Origin: Podarcis vaucheri
Lineage: Eukaryota
Reading direction: 5' to 3' (one strand)
Assembly (NCBI GenBank): GCA_965113315.1
Contig: OZ220371.1
DNA length: 64,000 bases
The position numbers were made by a program, and so were the translations under genes. Positions within the stretch are counted from its first letter, which is position 1, and every line of letters begins with the position of its first letter. Positions 47,656 through 60,796 of this stretch are shown here, piece by piece. The notes beneath the pieces are model-generated. The model was not told where the DNA came from. It did not search any database and was given only the letters and a program-made list of their open reading frames with translations.

Positions 47656-49333
47656 CAGCCCCAAGATTTGTTTTGTTGGGAGTAAAACAACACTTGCAGT
47701 AGGTTACCTGAATTGGAGTGGGTGGGTAGACACAAAGGTAACCTATTCTTCTCTTGCTGATCCCTTCTTGAGTAACCTCTTGTCATGTAGATTGTGTTCT
47801 CATTCTTTACTTCCTTCCTGCTTCTTCTCCAGTCAGTCTTGTTTTGTAGGAGGGAAGTCTTAGTGCTGGAGCTTCTGAACCACCTGACTCAATCACATAT
47901 AAACCTGTACGTACTCAGACTGGCTTTGTTTGCTCTGAGTAATATACTTTAGGTTTCTTTCAACCACCAGGCTTACTTGACTATTTATTTCTGCACTCGG
48001 GTTAACTATATGCTAAACTCCAACAAGTTTCAGTGCCAACTCAGGCTTTACCTGTGAATTTTGTGCTTTGGTACTTCTGTGATAGTTTTTAGGTGCGTTT
48101 CTTTAGCTATTGGAATGAAACAGAATAGTAACAAGCGAGCACGTTGAGGAGCATCCCTCAGCAAATGCTCTCTTTTTGAAGAACATTATGACGATGAACA
48201 TTATCAGCCCATAAAAATAAAAATTATCAGCCATCCCAAACATGCACCTGATTGTGGAGCTTTCCTCCATGTGTCTGATAGGAGAGCTTGATGCTGTGCG
48301 CATGTACATGAGACCAAAGCAGGTAGGATAGAACTGAACACCAGCTTCTGGAAACCACAGGAAAGAAGACTGTTCTTGTGCTCAGTTCCTGCTTGCAAAT
48401 TACCCACAGCATCTGAGAACCAGGATGCTGCAATGGCTGGACCACTGGCTAGATCTAGCAGACTCTTCCTATGTTCTTCCTTATGATATTGCATGACATT
48501 CCTTATTTGCATTTGAACCCGGATTATTCATAGCTGTTCTGTCCATTCGTCAAAATCATATTGTTTCTAGCCCTACAAAAAAAGGAAGGTATTTGTGAAT
48601 CCATATATGCTATGTATTTCCTAGGGGTGCAAAGGTGATCAGTTATGGATCGCTATTTTGTTTTGTGAATGGTTCAAAATATATTGCAACGATCTGTGTT
48701 GATATGTCTTCTGTGTTCTGGTGCATTCAGTAAACTGTGTATCTGATACAAGCAGAGCAAAAAGGTGAGTTTGCTCTGTCAAGGTTTGTGAGAATCCACC
48801 CTTAATGAGAGCACTGTTGGAGGATTTTTAGACAAGACTGAGCGAGCCTTTCCCATCATCCCCTCTTTATGTGAAAACAAACAGCAGCAAGCTGCTTGAC
48901 AAGTTTTCTGTGGGAAACACAAATGTTTTGTTCACTATAATTCATGCTTCTCATTTCCCCCCAACACAATAGTTTGCTTTATCCCCTCATCTTCCCTTGT
49001 TTTTAGCTGTACTCCTTCTCTCATCTATAAACTTATTTCAGATAATTTTATTTGTGGCCTCCCCCCACTTTACTTTTTTGGGTCTTTGCTCTTTCTGACC
49101 TCCTTCCCACACCCATCCATCACTTTTTCTTTCCTGTTTCTTCTCTGGTTTCCTACTCAACTTTGGGCCTGACTCACCTGCCTGGTTTTCTGTAGAAGCA
49201 ACTCCCAAGGCCTTTGATGGTAACTGCAGATATTTAACAGAAATGTGTAACCAGACCCTGAAATAGCACCTGATAGTTTTCCAGCTAAGGGTCTTGGTGC
49301 TGGACAAATGGGTCACAGCAAAATCCACAGGGC

Positions 49334-49505
49334 CAGGGCCAGCCCACCCATGAGGCAAGGTGAGGCAACCGGCTTGGGCAGCCAGATCCACAGGAGCAGC
49401 TGATCCCGATGTCAGTCTTCCTTCCTTGTTCCTGATGTAGATCTTCCCTGGTGGGAAGAGAGGAGCCATTTGCCTCAGGTGCCAAAATGTCTTGGGCTGG
49501 CTCTG
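49334..49505. mobile_element. hAT (Tip100-like) MITE
   Basis: CAGGGCCAGCCCA / TGGGCTGGCTCTG termini; TSD cacagggc/gacaggac. Confidence 0.6.
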
Positions 49506-49780
49506 GACAGGACATTAAGATATATAGTTGCTAATATCTTTCCTTTTTGTTGTTGTAAATAAAAATATGCCCTTTTCCCTTATGGGGTATCCAAGAGCCC
49601 ATATAGAGTCCTTACATAGGTTCCCTATTGTTTAATAAGCAATAGATTTTTGCTATAAAATTCTGTTTTTGAGGGGAAAATACATCTGCTTACTTAGGAC
49701 TTACATTGGATACAACCAGCTGTTTTTGAAGTTTTTGTAAGTTCGTGTTTTAAAATTGTAGGTCACTTTGGAGGCCCTTT

Positions 49781-50016
49781 CCTGCCAACCTAGCAGTTTG
49801 AAAGCACGTCAAAGTGCAAGTAGATAAATAGGTACCGCTCCGGCGGGAAGGTAAACGGTGCTTCCGTGCACTGCTCTGGTTTGCCAGAAGCAGCTTAGTC
49901 ATGCTGGCCACATGACCTGGAAGCTATACGCCGGCTCCCTCGGCCAATAAAGCGAGGTGAGCCCCGCAACCCCAGAGTCGGCCACGACTGGACCTAATGG
50001 TCAGGGGTCCTTTACC
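49781..50016 (+). mobile_element. 5'-truncated Sauria SINE with 13-bp TSD
   Basis: TSD TTGGAGGCCCTTT at 49768-49780 and 50017-50029; Sauria core and CCTTTACC tail. Confidence 0.9.
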
Positions 50017-51827
50017 TTGGAGGCCCTTTGGGGGGGCTGAAAGGCAGCTGAAAAATAACTTTACATGATGATAATAAAAATTAAAGGCAGTGGTTCCAAG
50101 AGAAGGATCAGGGAAGAAAAGGATGTCTGAAAATATGTATCACGCCTGCAGCTGTATCAAAAAGAAGGTCTGGCTGTATAACAAATCAGCCACACACCCA
50201 TACCTGAAAGGTACCCAGGGGCTTCTGACACCTACAACTTTAGCAATCTTACTATAACATGATTCTGGACCAAAAACAGTTCAGTACAGTTGATGCTCAT
50301 CTGTGCTGTTCTTCCTAACACAATCACTTCTGGCCCTTTTAGGGAGCGATTCTACACTGTTATCGGTAACAACTTCAGTCAAACACCTATCCAGACTCTG
50401 CCGAAGCAGCTGTTGCTTAAAAGTGGAAAAGGAAAGAAGGCTTGGGGAGCTGATCACCAAGCTGATCTTTATCTGTAAAGGGAAAAGGTCAGAGGTTAGG
50501 GTGGGGTAAAGGAAATCTTACTGTCACTTGAAACCCCTAGAATGTTCACAGGGCTATCCTTCCTATCGACCCCGATCTTCTTACCCCCCCCCCCCAAGCT
50601 GCCTCCTTCTGTCTGCTTATTAGCAGCCTGCTGAGAAAGACCATAGATGATGTTGTTTGCTTTAAGGAGAGCTGCCACTTTATTGGCCCAATTAACATAC
50701 AGCAGCCTTAGGCCCTAAAATTCCCAACACCGCCTGTAACTATGCTTGATCACAGAACTGGCAGCCTCCAACTTCCAGCAGGAAATGGAGAAAGTGGCAG
50801 CTAAAATACCCTGCCTTCCAGCTGAGCCCTCCTTGACCGGGCGTCCACCAGACATTTTGGACTACAACAGCCATCAGCCCCAGCCAATGTGCGTTGGCTA
50901 AGGCTGATGGGTATTGTAGTGCAAAGTGTGTCTACACGGTGGGACCTGGTTGGGGAAGGCTGTCTTTGCCTATCTGTGAGCCTGTTGCTCAAGAGCTACT
51001 TTTTAATGACTCCCTGTCTCTCCGCCAGGGAGTGGCAGTGACCTGCCCCGTTCTTCTTTAACAGGTGACAAAAGATTATGTCATGAAGGTAAAATATGAA
51101 GTTGCAAAGCTGGTCTAGCTCAGGGTTTGCATTGTCTTGAGCTGGAATAAGCTGAGCAATGCTGGTGTAGCCTTTGGTTGGCTCTGGCAACAGTCCCTCA
51201 TTGGAGGAGCACAGCAAAGCAACTTTCCTGGCCATAGTATTGAAGGGGCAGCAGGCCGTTCTCAGCTGGATCAGATGGAGGCGTCTCCCTGCTGCCTTTC
51301 CCTGCATCAGACCATCAGTCCATCCAACCCAGTAATGTCTGCCCTGACTGGCAGGTAGGGCAGGAGTCTATCCCAGCTGTACCAATTGGGGGGTTGAGAT
51401 TTGGACCTTCTGCATGCAAGGCAGAGCTACAGTCTTGGCCCCCTCCCACCTGCTCACCCAACTGAACAGCTGCCTCACCCTGGCTAATGGGAGGGGACTC
51501 GCCTCCAATGAGGTGGTTCCTTAATTTCTCACCCTTTCACTCTCATCCCCTCCCAGACCTGTTTAGGGCTGGAGCAGGCCAAGGCGTGATTGGCAGTGGT
51601 TGACTTAAATGGCAAGCTCCACAATATGCCTCCCACACAAAGTGTGCCTTGTCAGAGTTGGAAGGGATGCTTGCTATACTTTTGGCTGGTGGGAAGGGGA
51701 GCTGGCGTCCACCACTCACAACTACTCCCCTTTTGCAAATGATTGAGGAGTGATAGACATAAATCAAACACCTAGATAGAGAACCGCATTCTGGCTATGC
51801 TTCCATGCTGTCCCCATAGAGGTCGCT

Positions 51828-52176
51828 TAAAGGTAAAGGTAAAGTACCCCTGACAGTTAAGTCCAGTTGCGAACGACTCTGGGGTTGCGGCGCTCATCTT
51901 GCTTTACTGGCCGAGAGAGCTGACGTTTGTCCGCAAACAGTTTTTCCAGGTCATGTGACCAGCATGACTAAGCCGCTTCTGGCGAAACCAGAGCAGTGCA
52001 CGGAAATGCCGTTTACCTTCCCGCCGGAGTGGTACCTATTTATCTACTTGCACTTTGGCCTGCTTTTGAACTGCTAGGTTGGCAGGAGCTGGGACCGAGC
52101 AACGGGGGCTCACTCCATCATGGGGATTCGAACTGCCGACCTTCCGATCGGCAAGCCCTAGACTCAGTGGTTTAGA
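51828..52176 (-). mobile_element. Sauria SINE, near full length
   Basis: (AAAGGT)n tail on the + strand; body matches the copies at 19413 and 49781. Confidence 0.9.
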
Positions 52177-54329
52177 TGACCTAATTATTGAACATGCATC
52201 CTGATTGTTTGGACAAAATTTGCAAGGTGATTAGATGACACCAGCTATTTATTGAGCATCTGTTCCAATTTGTGGGGAGGTTATGCAACGTGGCATCAAG
52301 CATTCATTATCCCACACTTTCCAGTGCATTTTCTCATGACTTTCCTTATTGCAAAAAGTCTGGGGAGCGGGTTTGTTGCACAAGAGCACTGCAGCAACTT
52401 TAATTGTACAATCTGAATTTGTCAGTATGTGACTGAATTTCACCCCCAAATAGTTACAGCTTCGAAGAGCCAAAAGGCTCTTTAAACAAAACAAAGGTGG
52501 AAAATAAGGATAGAGTCTGTGTCCTTGGTATTGAAAAAAATTGAACAGCTCTAAAAATATATGTTCCAAGTGGCCAGAGGGTCTTTTCACACTGCTTCAG
52601 TCAGCTTTAGTTCCAGCAGAAATGGTGGGTGTGCATTTTACCTTTGTAATTGGAATCTGTCTGGAGGTTTCACAGCAGATTGTGACGTTGGGAGCTACGC
52701 TCGGAGCAAAGTTATATGAACACAAGACACAAAGATTTGTGATAGCTAACAACTTTCTTTGGCTGTAAAGCAACTGCATTGATCTTGTGCCAGAGCCGAG
52801 CCATTCAACATAAACAATAAACAGCAGACTCTGAAGGAAGTCCTTAATAGTTTGCTTTGGGGTCCCCTGGACGATTTGTTTCAGACTCTGAAGAGGCAAA
52901 AAGCTGCCTTTGTGAGTGAGCTGGGCTATTCTTTAAAGTGGCAAAAGAAATCCAAGAACAAATGAAAAGAGATTTTAAACCTGGTCCTTCTCGTTTTGCG
53001 GATCTGAAAAGGTCACAGGACTCTTGATCTGTTTCCCACAATGGAAGAAGCTTTGCTATCTTATCACCAGGTAATCAGTTGACAGTTTTAGACAATTGAA
53101 CCATCTGGCTTTTAATTCATTGTCAAATTGCATTTAAATAAACTTGCATCTTAGCAGAACTTTAATTAGGTGTTGTTTAAAGCAAAAAATATTTATGAAC
53201 TGTAAGGTAATGTACAATTCAGGATGCAAAAGCTAATACTTTGTTGGGAGGAAAATCTTACTTTATTTATTGGTTTTAAAATATTTACATACATCATACA
53301 TACATAATTCTATTGGTATGTCGACTTTCCATAGTTCAAGCCACACTCAAGGCAGCTTACAACATGGAAAAGGTACATAACTGCAAACTGAACAAAAGTA
53401 GCCATAAACAATAAATAAAACATCAACAAGTACACAACCAAACTGAACATTTCCACATAAATTGTAATAAGATCTAAAATAAAGGTACAAAAAAAAGCAA
53501 CAATCCCACTGTCGACAAAACTCCCTAAATAAAAGCCCAGCTCACAAGTCTGTTAAGCAACCTCAGCTTTTGTAGCTGGAGTCAGTCAGGGCCCCATCCT
53601 CCCAGGCCAGGTGGAGAAAGTCCAGCAAGGCAGGGAGCAGGTCTTCCAGGACTTGCAGCCAAGATCCTTACAAAAAGATTAACTACAAGATCTTGGGCAT
53701 GTCTACTCAGATGTAAGCCCACTAAGTTCAATGGGACTTATTCCCTGGTACATGTGTAAATTTCAGTCCCCTGGTACATGTGTAAATTTCAGTCCTGAGA
53801 CAGCAATTTTCTGCCCAATCACCTTAAAGTAAGACCCATGGAACTCAATTGGACTTACTTCTGAGTATAATTTCTCTGTAAAATGCAGTGATAATATGCA
53901 TATTTTAAAATTCAGTGGAAAGCAGCAGCTGAAGACCATCTGCAAAATCAAACTACATTTAAAACCAGCAGCAAACGTATTCCCCTAACACAGATCCCTT
54001 TTTGTTAGTGTTTGGAGAGGAAGTTTCAAAACCTTCATTCTGTGGTGCTCAGCTTTCCCTGAGGGATATACTTCGTTCAAGATAACCATGTTAATTATAT
54101 GTATGCATATGAGATGGTGGGGGAGAGGATATGACTATTCACTGTTTGGGATCATCAGTTGCTGCATGGTGTCTTGACAGCTCCTGTAGAACTGTTCAGA
54201 GAGACAGGCAGCCATAAATGATTTCCTGCCAGAGTTTTTAGTGCCGCCCCTTTACAAGGTGGATGGAACAACAAGTGTAGATATATCATGGTAGAATATT
54301 CAGTGCCTGTCAGATACTCATTATTTCAC

Positions 54330-54482
54330 AGCCCTTACAACAACTCAATAGGGTAGGTCAGTATTGTTATCCCCGTACTACAGATGAGGGAGGAGGCCGA
54401 AGTATTTGTGCGGCTGAGGTGATATTTCAGCTGAAGACTCTGCCATTCATAGCTCAAGTTTAACAACTGCATGACATTAGCT
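54330..54482 (-). mobile_element. MIR/CORE-like SINE remnant
   Basis: ccttacaacaactc..gggtagg..tattgttatcccc..tacagatgaggga. Confidence 0.5.
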
Positions 54483-55309
54483 CTCAATATGAGATGCTGG
54501 TTGGGTTTGAAATGGGTTAAATGAATCTATGAGAGAAAAGAGGAAAAGGAACACATTTTTCTTAATCCCTTTATTGGAAATATATATATATATAAATATT
54601 CCCTAAGAAAGCCAAACTTGTTTATAAACTTCAAAAAAGGAAAATCGGCTATAAAACATTAACTCAAAGCAGCTTTAGAGATGAAGAGTTTGGGAAGAGT
54701 GTGACCACATTCAAAACTCTTCTCTTACATTTTCATTTGGCTTATTTTGATTCCAGAGCTGATTCCAAAGCTGCCTCAGGATTCTCCTTTTACAAACTTT
54801 TATAGGTCATTGAAACAGCAATCCTATAACCACTTACTTGGAAAGAAGTCCTATTGAACCCACCGGGACTTCTGATCAGACAGGTATAGGGTTGCACTGT
54901 AATTTATTAAAGAGTCTGATATGCCAAACCTTATGGAGCTCTTCTCACGCTTATGGGTCAGGTCTTGTTTCCAGTATTTTGTAATTAACATTAATGTTGT
55001 CATCCACAGAACTCCAATTAGATGCCTATATTGCTGTGGAATATATAGCCTGAATATAGAAAATGTTGAAAAGGGGATCCAATGTCCAACAGTTTATTGT
55101 AGTCTAGGAAATGACTTTCCAAAATACCTGAACATAAGAATAATTCAATCAAATTCAAATATACATTTTATCCATTTGAATACATCTTAAACAAAGCTCA
55201 GTAGTTTACCCCATGTATATGCCCAAGTTCTTTTCATGTAAGCTGCCAATGATCTACTGATTTATAGTAGTTTTCTCTAAAGTGGGTACCAAACAAATTT
55301 ATATCTGTT

Positions 55310-55421
55310 GTGGCAAGGATGTACTGCAGCTCTCCAAATATTGTTTGGGGAACTTTCTCCCATTTGCGGCAAGGATGTACTGCAGCTCTCCAAATATTGT
55401 TTGGGGAACTTCCTCCCATTT
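55310..55421. repeat. 56-bp tandem duplication
   Basis: g(t/c)ggcaaggatgtactgcagctctccaaatattgtttggggaactt(t/c)ctcccattt, two copies. Confidence 0.9.
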
Positions 55422-55433
55422 TAAGATGCATTA

Positions 55434-55683
55434 CAGTCGTACCTTGGAAGTCAAGTGCCTTGTGATACGAACGTTTTGGCTCCTGAATGCTGCAAACCCG
55501 GAAATGATTGTTCCTGTTTGTGAAGGTTCTTTGGAACCTGAGCATCTGTCACGGGTTCCGTGGCTTCCAATTGGCTGCAGGAGCTTCCTGCAACCAATCG
55601 GAAGCTGCGCCTTGGTTTCCAAACGTTTTGGAAGTCGAACGGACTTCCGGAACAGATTCTGTTTGACTTCCGAGGTACGACTA
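55434..55683. mobile_element. Tigger-like MITE
   Basis: TIRs CAGTCGTACCTTGGAAGTCAA / TTGACTTCCGAGGTACGACTA; TA flanks; internal hairpin cttccaattggctgcagga/tcctgcaaccaatcggaag. Confidence 0.8.
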
Positions 55684-56239
55684 TATTTTTAAATCATGCC
55701 TTATACGCTTTGGAGCAGACCACTGTGCCTCTGACTGTCATACCCAGCTTAGCTTCTCGCTGAAATAGGGAGGTCTGGTGAAATCCTCTTATCTCCTCTG
55801 TCACTCACTGAACCATAATAACCAAGCACAGATGGGGCAAAAGAAGTGGCCTCTGGATCTTTCCCAGATACTATTCTGTATAGAGGACAGGGCCCAGGCA
55901 ATACTTGGATTTCATAAGGGGCAAATGGCAGGTACAAAAAACAAAATATTTTATACAGTAAGACCAGCACTAGTCACCTATAAACAGAAACATTTGAGAA
56001 TGATTTGATTATAGAATAGTTACTATTACAGCAGAACTCAGAAGTGTTTGCCTGCTACATTTCCTGAGTATTGGGAATGGTTAACCACTGCTTGTTTATG
56101 CATCTTAATTCATGTTAATGAATGCAAATGTAAATTCAACCAGTGGCAAACATTAATTATGAGGTAAAAACCAGCCCTGTCTATGAGGTCAACTTCTCTG
56201 CCACAGTGAAGACCTTTCTGGTGTGAAATGGTTGTAACA

Positions 56240-56710
56240 TTTGGGCCTTTTTTTAGTTTAGAGAAAAGGCGGGTGAGAGGCACCAGGATAGAAGTGTACA
56301 CAGTTATACATGGTGTGAAGAAAGTACATAGAGAAATGGTTTTCTCCCTCTCTCATAACTCATGGATATCTGATGACACTGAATGTTGGAAGATTCAGGA
56401 CAGAGAGAAAAAAGCACTTCTTCGCACAGCATATATACTCAAAGGCAGCAACGGCCAATAGCTTGGTTGGATAGAAAATTCACAAAGGATAAGTCTATCA
56501 GTGTCTGCTAACTCCAACAGATATGTTTTTTTCCTCTGCTGTTGGAGGCTGTATGCTTTGAATGCCAGTTTCTGGAAACCGCAGGAGAGAAGAGTGCTTT
56601 AGTTCTCAGGACCTGCTTGCGGGCTTCCCATAGGCATTTGGTTGGCCACTTGGAGAACAGGATGCTAGACTAGATGGTCCACTGACCTGATCCCGAGGCT
56701 TCTTATAAGG
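56240..56710 (+). mobile_element. CR1/L3-type LINE 3' fragment
   Basis: FFSLEKRRVRG..IEVY..IHGVKKV; 3'UTR ending in gactagatggtccactgacctgatcc. Confidence 0.7.
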
Positions 56711-57538
56711 ACTTCAGAGTGATCCAGGATTATAGTCTTCCAAATAGCAATTTATGGTGCCCTTTTATCTAAACCAGGGATGTGGAATGTTGTTGTTGTT
56801 GTTGTTGTTGAAATGATGAGCAGGGGTGGGGACCTGGTCACTTTTGATGGGCAGGCCAGACCAGACCACTCACCTGTCAGTCACCTACACGCTGTATGAC
56901 ATCCGGTGCTATAAGTCTAATGACAATTTGGGAATGCACAGTTATTGGCGTTCTAATTCTTCCTTTGTTTCTTTCCTTTAATCTAAACCTTGAACTGTAA
57001 AGGAAACAGCAACTGCCAAGATTCTTGCAGTGCATGAGCCTTGCAAGCCCCATGTTCAGTGAGAATCAGCTCCAGTGTCCCTGGGGTTTGCTTTTGATGC
57101 CAAATTAAAAAGTGCCGGTGCATCCCATGCTTACTGAGGAACAGTGGGATGGGCACTCAAAGGCTCCCAATGGTTGCTCTGCAGATATGGCTTGGGTAAA
57201 ATGGCCTCTCAGTGGGCCCAATTTGACCTGTGGGCTAAGTGGGTGGTGCTATATTTTCCCTAGCTTTCTTCTACCCACGTCTCCCCACTCCCTGCCCCTC
57301 AGTGGGCTGTAGAGAGACAGATCATCCTTGCAAACAGATCACTTTTGAAACAAGGCCAAGGTATAACCCTTGGGTCAGTACTCAGGGCTGGGTGCACCTA
57401 GGCAGTAAACAGCTCCTTAAATAAACATTGTTTAAATCGTATTAAGTTGTTGTTGTTTCAGATAAGCTGTATTTATTTTCACCATGTCATTACAAGCTTT
57501 TGAGCAAGTTCATGCAAAGTGGTGCAGTCGCTCTACGC

Positions 57539-57716
57539 CACTGGTCTTCAGCTGGTGGGTCAGGACCCACGTGTGGGCTGTGTCTTGATGCAAGGAGGGT
57601 TGCAACGAGAGCACTACCACCATGCAAATGTATGGTAAAAGATTGAGAAATAGGTCCCCAAATGCATGTTTGGGTTAAAAGTGGGTTCTGGGTCTGAAAG
57701 GGTTGAAGACACCTGC
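57539..57716. mobile_element. hAT (Charlie-like) MITE, degenerate
   Basis: ggtcttcagctggtgggtcaggacccac / gtgggttctgggtc..ggttgaagacacctg; ctcta on both flanks. Confidence 0.5.
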
Positions 57717-58919
57717 TCTAGTAAATATTGAGGCAGAATACAGGGAACCCTTTTAGCAGGTAGAGGTTCTGTGTCTATAACAGATGCATGACAGGCTGTC
57801 CGCATGGAATGGCAATCTCTCTATGCTAAATGAACAACATCAGGGCCAAAAGAGGATTTTTTTTTTTAATTTAAAAAGCTCTTTTTGTTGTTTTATGCTA
57901 ACAATGAACTATATCAACTTTAACAAACATTGAATACTATTATTCTCAACATGACCATATGCTAAAGCAGTAGAGTCCACATCTCTGTCTGTCTGTCTCC
58001 AAGCATCCCCAGATTTGTCCTTCACTTAGACCCTCTGCTAGCTCTGGAGGTCCAAACTAGACAGATTGTTAAATGTGTTTTTTCCTTTGATTCCACGGGG
58101 GATTCCTCCCCCCATGCAAATATTAGCTTCAGAAGAGGGATTTTCAAAAGTAGGAGAGGGTTTAAAAAATAAAAAAATTAAAATCCTCCTTGCCTTCTCT
58201 GATCCCATTAAGTATAAACCCTTCTCTGATTCAATTTGCATTTTTAAAAATCCACACATTGAATGCAAAGAAGCATTAAATTACACTGTGTTGTCTAGTT
58301 GGGGCCTTAGCTGTTAGTTACTAGTTCTTCAAAGGGTTCTTGGAGAACTCATTGTACACTAACTGCATGTTTAAACATATTTTTTAATATTTAGTTTCAA
58401 GTTCAGACATGTTTAATGAAAAGTGGTTCTTTGCTCCACCAAGTGGCATTGTCCTCTCATGACAAGAGCAAGTTGTTAATGGAATTTGGTTAAGGACAAT
58501 TTAAGAATGGGAGGGGGTGGGGAGAAGCCACAATTACATGAAATCAAGTGGCAAGGCCTCTGTCCTGAATCTGTACCACAACTGGCTTGCATGATTGCCA
58601 TATTTTTTTTTAACACAGAGACCATTCCTACACCTTTAAATCAAGAGAGGGCAACCTTTTTCACTTCAGGGGCTATATTCCCTTCTGGAAAAAACCCAGG
58701 TGGCCAGCTAGTGGGGGGAATGTAGTGTTTAATAGAGAAGGAAAAAGATCTTGGTTTGGCTGAGCCTTGCAGCCTAACTGCCTGTGTCTCCTGTGGCAGT
58801 GTTGACCTATGCAGAAAAACTCACAGTGTTGCACCCGCAAATCGTATAGGTGAATTGTACAAGGTCTTGGCTATATCGGATGTGAGCAAAGAAGTGGCTT
58901 TAATGCAACATGTCAGTCA

Positions 58920-58920
<1 letters not shown>

Positions 58921-58980
<60 letters not shown>
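58921..58980. repeat. (GTT)20 microsatellite
   Basis: Read directly from the sequence. Confidence 0.95.
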
Positions 58981-58981
<1 letters not shown>

Positions 58982-60129
58982 TAAAGCACCAAGTTTCAAG
59001 GTCCCTAGACCAGGCAGTCCAAAGGATGCTGAACAGGAACAGGATTCCAAGAAGCTTTGCCAGTACAGAAATGGTGCTAACAGCTTGTTGCAAATATTTG
59101 CAGAATCAGGCTGTTAGTGATCTCAAAAGTACAATAGCAAAGGCAATACTATTTATTTATTTAAAATAAAGGAGTAGCCTAAAGGCAGAGAAGACCTTAC
59201 TCCATTTTAGCACCAGTAATTTTTATAAAAGAGGCAAGGGACTCACTTTTTTAGGGTTGTCATTTCAAAACTGACTCTCTGATGGCCACCTATTGTTTCC
59301 CCCCTTGATTTTATTGAGTTCCATGAAGGGTTTTCTCCCTCCCAGTGTCTTGACACCATCCCTTTCCTGAGTTCTTTTCATGAACAGCTGTTGGGTTGCC
59401 CCAGTTGCTAAATGGGAAGTTCTTCAGAGTTTCAAGAGCTCTAGCTGTGAACTGGTTTCCCAAGCAAGGGAGGAGACCTTGTCTGAGTCTCGTTTGTAAT
59501 GTGTCAGTCAGGGTGTGCTTATTAAAAATTGTTTTTGAATCCTATTCTTTTTCTGGTGTAAATACTACTCTCATAGAGTAGCACTTCACAGGTTGTGATA
59601 TACTCAAGAACAGTATGTTCTGATAGAGCACTTTTTGTTTTTGAGGGCTCCTTAATTTGCAACAAATAACAAATCATAGAATGCCTAGTTCTTTGCTAAA
59701 GTGCTTGACAAATATGACATAAGTTGTGATGAAACTGCTTTCCTGTTGCAGCAGGACACTTTCATACTGACCCCATAATTACACTGGAACCTCAATTACA
59801 AAAGTACTTTAAAGGCTCCATCTCCAACTAATGTGTAACCAGAGACAGTCTGTGTCCTTCACTCCTAAGGATCAGTTAAGAGTAGACGTTGCATATCACA
59901 TGCAGGGCTTTCAGTATTTGTGTGTGTGATTTGACAGATTCACCCCTTTTGTTAGAAGGCTTCTGGTGTAGCAAGGGAAGGAGAAATGTTTTGTCTCTGG
60001 AGTTCACAAATGCTAATATGTGAGACTGGAACATCCTTGGCAGCTTTGGAAGTAGGGTATTAGACCATGCAAAATCTATAGGCTATTATAGATTTGCTGA
60101 GGGAATTAACAGAGTACTAATAACACATT

Positions 60130-60796
60130 TCATAGATCATAGAATCATAGAGTTAGAATAGACCACAAGGGCCATCGAGTCCAACCCCCTGCCAAGCAGG
60201 AAACACCATCAGAGCACTCCTGACAACCATATGTCAGGAGTGCTCTGATGGTGTTTCCTGCTTGGCAGGGGGTCGGACTCGATGGCCCTTGTGGTCTCTT
60301 CCAACTCTATGATTCTATGATTCTATGACATATGGTTGTCAAGCCTCTGCTTAAAGACCTCCAAAGTAGGAGACTCCACCACACTCCTTGGCAGCAAATT
60401 CCACTGTCGAACAGCTCTTACTGTCAGGAAGTTCTTCCTAATGTTTAGGTGGAATCTTCTTTCTTGTAGTTTGGATCCATTGCTCCATGTCCGCTTCTCT
60501 GGAGCAGCAGAAAACAACCTTTCTCCCTCCTCTATATGACATCCTTTTATATATTTGAACATGGCTATCATATCACCCCTTAACCTCCTCTTCTCCAGGC
60601 TAAACATGCCCAGCTCCCTTAGCCGTTCCTCATAAGGCATCATTTCCAGGCCTTTGACCATTTTGGTTGCCCTCCTCTGGACAGGTTCCAGTTTGTCAGT
60701 GTCCTTCTTGAACTGTGGTGCCCAGAACTGGACACAGTACTCCAGGTGAGGTCTGACCAGAGCAGAATACAGTGGCACTATTACTTCCCTTGATTT
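60130..60796 (-). mobile_element. Young 5'-truncated CR1 LINE with inverted tail duplication
   Basis: Open ORF2 C-terminus [25 protein letters not shown]...[13 protein letters not shown]...WNLLP...[10 protein letters not shown]; (ATTCTATG)n tail. Confidence 0.92.

Noticed and set aside
58434-58450. CTCF-like motif CCACCAAGTGGCA
   Set aside because: A single imperfect motif in 64 kb; not supportable without conservation or ChIP data.
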